From the NCBI GenBank assembly GCA_903877395.1, contig CAIRDU010000145.1:1-41765 (forward strand): a stretch of 41,765 nucleotides of DNA, in the 5' to 3' direction. Each line of letters begins with the position of its first letter. The first letter of the stretch is position 1. This document shows positions 37,546-41,765 of the stretch, one piece after another. The stretch is from an uncultured Planctomycetaceae bacterium (GTDB lineage: Bacteria > Planctomycetota > Planctomycetia > Pirellulales > UBA1268). The notes beneath the pieces are model-generated. The model did not search any database. It saw only the letters and a program-made list of their open reading frames with translations, and was not told the origin of the DNA. The position numbers were made by a program, and so were the translations under genes.

Positions 37546-39717
37546 ATGTCACGCATTCTTTCCATTGCCGGTTGTATCGCCGTCTTTCTGGCTGGATCGC
37601 TTGATGCCCAGCCGCCGGGCAACAGGGCAGAGGAGTTCCCGCTGCCGTTGGAGAAGGTGGTGCTGTTCACATCAGGTGTCGGTTATTTTCAGCACGGCGG
37701 AAAAGTGAACAACGATGCGCAGGTCGAGATGAGCTTCAAGTCCGAGCACATCAACGACCTGCTTAAAAGCATGGTGCTCGAAGATCTCGGCGGCGGCACC
37801 GTGTCGACTGTGAGTTACGCATCGCGAGACCCGCTCACAAAAACGCTTGAGACATTTGCCGTCAATCTCACAGATAATCCATCCATGGGCCAGCTCCTCG
37901 GCCGATTGCGTGGCGAAGCAATCGACGTCGATGCGTTGGCGCCTGCATCTGGCACGATTGTGGGCGTTGAGAAGCGCGCCGTTCCTGTGGGTGCTGACAA
38001 AACAATCGAGAAGGAGTTTGTCACGATCCTCACGAAGGATGGCCTGCGAACGCTGCCGCTGGATTCCATTACGCGGATCAAGCTCGTTGATCCGCGATTG
38101 CAGAGCGAACTTGAAAAGGCTTTGGCCGTGTTGGCGCTCGGTCACGACAATGAGAAAAAGTCGGTCACTCTGAATTTTTCAGGCAAGGGGGCCAGAGACG
38201 TGCGTGTGGGGTACGTTCAGCAAACACCGATCTGGAAGACGAGCTATAGGCTCGTGTTGGATGATGTGGTGGGCGGCAATCAGGCAGGCGGTCAGGATGC
38301 AGGAAAGAAGCTTGGCAATCAGGCAATGCTGCAGGGCTTTGCCATCGTGGAAAACACGACGGATAACGACTGGAAAGACGTCAGCATGTCGTTGGTGAGC
38401 GGGCGTCCAATTTCATTTGTAATGGATCTCTATCAGCCCCTCTATGTGCCGCGTCCAGAGGTGCAACAGGAACTCTACGCATCGCTGGTGCCGCAGGTGT
38501 ATGGGCAGGATCTAGCTGGAGGCGAACGTGAATTTCTGGCGGCCGCAGACGGTTCCAGAAAATCGGAATCCGCCGCTGCCCAAGTTGCGAACAAGATGCG
38601 TAAGGGGGCCGAACGTCAACACGGCCGCGTCGCGGCCGCCCCTCCCGGATCATTTGCAAAAAATGAATCCCAAGACCTACCCCTAGATCAACTCCAGGGG
38701 GAGACGCGGGATGCGAAATCGATGTTCGAGGCGGCAGCGAGCGTGCAGAGCATGGCGCAGGGCGGAGCATTGGGCGAACTGTTTCGCTATGAGATTGCCA
38801 AGCCGGTCACGATCCAGCGGCAGCGTTCGGCGATGTTGCCGATTGTGGGAGAGAAGGTTGAGGCAGAGAAGGTGGCGATTTACGATGAACGAGTCATGGC
38901 AAAGCACCCGCTGGCAGGCCTGCGGTTGGTGAACTCCACAAAGTTGAATCTCATGCAGGGCCCAATCACGGTGTACGACGGCGGTGCCTACGCCGGCGAT
39001 GCCAGAGTCGAGGACATGGCTCCCGGCAGCGAGCGGCTTTTGAGCTATGCAGTCGATCTCGACGTGGAGATTGCGCCGCGGGCGGTTGTTAAGCCGGAAG
39101 AAATCGTAAGTGTGCGTGTTGAAAAAGGCACGCTCATCGCCTCACGAAAGCTTGCCAGAGAGAAGAAATTTGACGTCAAGAACTCTGGTGACAAGGCTGT
39201 GAAGGTGCTCGTGGAATATCCGTTAGAGTCCGGTTGGAAACTCGTGAAGCCAGCCAAGGCCGACGAGGTAACCCGCGACCGCCAGCGATTTGTCGTGATT
39301 GCCCAGCCGGGTAAGCCAGCTGTGCTGGATGTGGCCGAAGAGATGCTCGTAGACCAGCGAATCGTGATCACGAATCTGGACGACAATGCCATCCTTTTTT
39401 ACTCGAATGCCAAGGTGACAAGTCCGGATGTGAAGAAAGCATTGGCCGAGATCATTCGTCGCAAGCGGGAGATCGAGCAAGTTGTAAGAGAGAAAGCGGC
39501 CAGCCAGCAGGAGATCGCAACGGTGAGCCAAGAGCAGGATCGCATCCGCCAAAACATGCAGCAACTCGATCGCGGTAGCGAACTTTATACGCGATACGTG
39601 CAGAAATTTGCGCAGCAGGAGGATCGGGTCGAGACGCTCCGCAAGGAAGTGGCCCAACGGGAAAAGCAGGAGCAGGAGGCTCGCAGGGCCTTGAACGACT
39701 TTCTTTCTCAGCTTTAA
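37546..39717 (+). CDS. Exported DUF4139/DUF4140-like domain protein with C-terminal coiled coil
   Basis: SD GGAGG and a signal peptide. VVLFTSGVGYF, INDLLKSM, PIWKTSYRL, AIVENTTDNDWKDV.MSLVSGRP, GELFRYEIAKPVTI.RQRSAMLPI. Confidence 0.8.
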   Translation: MSRILSIAGCIAVFLAGSLDAQPPGNRAEEFPLPLEKVVLFTSGVGYFQHGGKVNNDAQVEMSFKSEHINDLLKSMVLEDLGGGTVSTVSYASRDPLTKTLETFAVNLTDNPSMGQLLGRLRGEAIDVDALAPASGTIVGVEKRAVPVGADKTIEKEFVTILTKDGLRTLPLDSITRIKLVDPRLQSELEKALAVLALGHDNEKKSVTLNFSGKGARDVRVGYVQQTPIWKTSYRLVLDDVVGGNQAGGQDAGKKLGNQAMLQGFAIVENTTDNDWKDVSMSLVSGRPISFVMDLYQPLYVPRPEVQQELYASLVPQVYGQDLAGGEREFLAAADGSRKSESAAAQVANKMRKGAERQHGRVAAAPPGSFAKNESQDLPLDQLQGETRDAKSMFEAAASVQSMAQGGALGELFRYEIAKPVTIQRQRSAMLPIVGEKVEAEKVAIYDERVMAKHPLAGLRLVNSTKLNLMQGPITVYDGGAYAGDARVEDMAPGSERLLSYAVDLDVEIAPRAVVKPEEIVSVRVEKGTLIASRKLAREKKFDVKNSGDKAVKVLVEYPLESGWKLVKPAKADEVTRDRQRFVVIAQPGKPAVLDVAEEMLVDQRIVITNLDDNAILFYSNAKVTSPDVKKALAEIIRRKREIEQVVREKAASQQEIATVSQEQDRIRQNMQQLDRGSELYTRYVQKFAQQEDRVETLRKEVAQREKQEQEARRALNDFLSQL

Positions 39718-39878
39718 TCGCCGCTGCTCCGGCTCAGAAGAACACGAAAAACCAGAACGTCCTTTTTATTTTCGCCTTTTTGTCGTCGTGCCCAGCCTGT
39801 GGCTGTTGCAGCGAGTCTGCGATTGGTAGTCTGGTGGCCGATGACTCACGGTCGAATTGGCGTCTGGAGAAATGATAC

Positions 39879-41027
39879 GTGGCACGTGCGGCGCTGGCAC
39901 TTGAGGATGGAACAGTTTATGTCGGCGAGTCGTTTGGTGCGACGGGAACCGTCTCGGGCGAGGTGTGCTTCAATACCTCGATGACGGGCTATCAGGAGAT
40001 TCTCACTGATCCCAGTTACCGCGGCCAGATTCTCACGATGACGGCGCCGGAGATTGGCAACTACGGCGTCAACGAGGCTGATATCGAAAGCAACAAAATT
40101 CAGCTTTCTGGATTTGTTGTGCGGCATGCTAGTCGAATCGCAAGTAATTTCACCGCTACCGATACGATCGGCGACTATCTGGCTCGGGCAGGCGTTGTGG
40201 GAATCACCGGCATCGACACCCGTGCGCTGGTACGAAGGCTGCGGGCTCGAGGCGCGATGATGGGCGTGCTCTCCAGCGAATTGTTTGAGCCAACAAAACT
40301 CGTTGAGATGGCGAAGGCTGCGCCGTCGCTGGTTGGCCGAGACCTTGTGCGAGAAGTGATGCCTACTCACGCCCGAGAGTGGCAGGAGTCGCTCGACGCA
40401 TGGTCCGTGCCACTGGTGCAGCCGTTGGAAGGGGGCGTTTTTGGAGCCTCGCCGGCGGCTCTCGCCGGTGCTGCAAAGCACGTTGTCGCGATCGACTATG
40501 GACTCAAGTGGAATATTGCTCGCCACTTGGCAAGCGCGGGCTATCGGGTGACTGTGCTGCCAGGCAACGCAACGGCTCAGGAGGTGCTCGCGCTGAAGCC
40601 CGACGGTGTTTTTCTCTCCAATGGGCCGGGCGATCCAGAGCCGCTTGAGTATGCAATCAACACCGTTCGGGATCTGATTGGGCAGGTGCCACTCTTTGGG
40701 ATCTGTCTCGGCCACCAGCTCTTGGCGCTGGCGTCCGGCGCGAAGACGTTCAAGCTCAAGTTTGGCCACCGAGGCGCCAACCAGCCAGTGATGGATTTAG
40801 CCACAGGCAAGGTCGAGATCACCTCGCAGAACCACGGCTTTGCCGTTGACGAGGCAACGTTGCCACAGACGCTTGTTGTGACGCACAGGAATCTCAACGA
40901 CGGCACGATTGAGGGCCTGCGCCACACGACGGCGAACGCCGCGAGTGTGCAATACCATCCCGAAGCTGCCGCCGGCCCGCACGACGCCGCCTACTTATTT
41001 GAGCGGTTTCGTCAGATGATGGCGTGA
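39879..41027 (+). CDS. carA: Carbamoyl-phosphate synthase small subunit
   Basis: [36 protein letters not shown], catalytic [30 protein letters not shown]. Confidence 0.96.
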   Translation: MARAALALEDGTVYVGESFGATGTVSGEVCFNTSMTGYQEILTDPSYRGQILTMTAPEIGNYGVNEADIESNKIQLSGFVVRHASRIASNFTATDTIGDYLARAGVVGITGIDTRALVRRLRARGAMMGVLSSELFEPTKLVEMAKAAPSLVGRDLVREVMPTHAREWQESLDAWSVPLVQPLEGGVFGASPAALAGAAKHVVAIDYGLKWNIARHLASAGYRVTVLPGNATAQEVLALKPDGVFLSNGPGDPEPLEYAINTVRDLIGQVPLFGICLGHQLLALASGAKTFKLKFGHRGANQPVMDLATGKVEITSQNHGFAVDEATLPQTLVVTHRNLNDGTIEGLRHTTANAASVQYHPEAAAGPHDAAYLFERFRQMMA

Positions 41028-41150
41028 TGGGCAATGATGGCGAAACGAATCGCCTGGATTGCACTTTGACTCCTCTCCGGGCTGGAAGGACGGGCGAGGT
41101 GCATTGCTGCTAACCCATGCTGGAGCCGGTAGATACGAAGCTTTCCCCAC

Positions 41151-41172
41151 GCTTCCAGCTAGAGCTGGAAGC
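41151..41172. repeat. 10-bp perfect inverted repeat GCTTCCAGCT-AG-AGCTGGAAGC (terminator or operator)
   Basis: Seen directly, and extendable by CCCA/TGGG. It lies after carA and 20 nt before a TTGACA at 41193. Confidence 0.55.
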
Positions 41173-41303
41173 TGGGTACTCTGCGGATTTTTTTGACATT
41201 TCCACAGGATGTGCCAGAGTTGTGCGGAGTCGTGGCTTGCATCCCGGCTTCACCATTGAAAAAGTTTTGATGGTTTCTAGTCATTGTCACGGAGGCTCAC
41301 TTC

Positions 41304-41765
41304 ATGCTTCGTTCACGTTTGTTCTGCGGTTTCGCAGTCGCTCTGTCGCTCGTTCTTGGTGCATTCGCATCGATCGCCGATGCCGGTTTTGGCCATCACC
41401 GCCGCAACCTCGATCCAACCTGCGCAGCTCCCGAAGCTGCCTGCTGTGCCGAGGAACCCAGCTGTGCCATGGAGCCATCGTGCGGCTTTGAGCCAGACTG
41501 TGGTGCCGAGACATGCTGTCCCACAAACCCTTGCATCAAGTATCGCCACAAGCATGCCCACAAGCACAAACATGCCGCTGGCTGCTGCGAAGAGCCAACG
41601 TATGAAACGGTGCTCAACGCAACGAGCCCAGAGACATGCTGCTCGGTGTGTGTACCGGTATGCCTGCCGGTGTGCTGCCAAGGCTGCCCGTGCGAAACCT
41701 CCCGCGCCACTATTCTGGGCTGCGGTCAGGTTCGCTACGACTACGCGTGCGGCAGTTCGGTGATC
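41304..41765 (+). CDS. Secreted cysteine/histidine-rich protein (runs off the window end)
   Basis: SD GGAGG at 41291-41295, ATG 41304, frame open to the edge. Manual translation: MLRSRLFCGFAVALSLVLGAFASIADA-GFGHHRRNLDPTCAAPEAACCAEEPSCAMEPSCGFEPDCGAETCCPTNPCIKYRHKHAHKHKHAAGCCEEPTYETVLNATSPETCCSVCVPVCLPVCCQGCPCETSRATILGCGQVRYDYACGSSVI. Confidence 0.85.
   Translation, partial: MLRSRLFCGFAVALSLVLGAFASIADAGFGHHRRNLDPTCAAPEAACCAEEPSCAMEPSCGFEPDCGAETCCPTNPCIKYRHKHAHKHKHAAGCCEEPTYETVLNATSPETCCSVCVPVCLPVCCQGCPCETSRATILGCGQVRYDYACGSSVI

Noticed and set aside
41284-41763. 159-aa ORF from the track at the right edge
   Set aside because: Wrong frame. The frame starting at ATG 41304 has the SD, signal peptide and coherent composition.

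Overview
GC-rich (about 59% by eye) bacterial chromosomal segment. It is most likely from a planctomycete, inferred from an orphan H4MPT formyltransferase (fhcD/ftr), an OmcB-like DUF11 protein, DUF1080, an HTH-extended RpoD-like sigma factor and a short PheT. It is mostly housekeeping: cysK, an AlaC-like aminotransferase, infC-rpmI-rplT-pheS-pheT, ribD, glnB, fumC, holB-tmk, mutY and carA, interspersed with large hypothetical or exported proteins. I saw no rRNA, tRNA, CRISPR array, transposase or integrase. Main points of interest: (1) a sigma-54 activator with a degenerate receiver domain upstream of a -24/-12 promoter driving a lone PII gene; (2) an exported protein gene split by a G11 homopolymer, which also carries a 15-bp acidic tandem repeat; (3) a secreted Cys/His-rich protein at the right edge that the ORF track missed; (4) infC starting at AUC with its Shine-Dalgarno inside a hairpin; (5) a sigma-70 with three extra N-terminal HTH motifs; (6) a Cof HAD phosphatase directly behind ribD. 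All family assignments come from motif recognition by eye; no searches were run.
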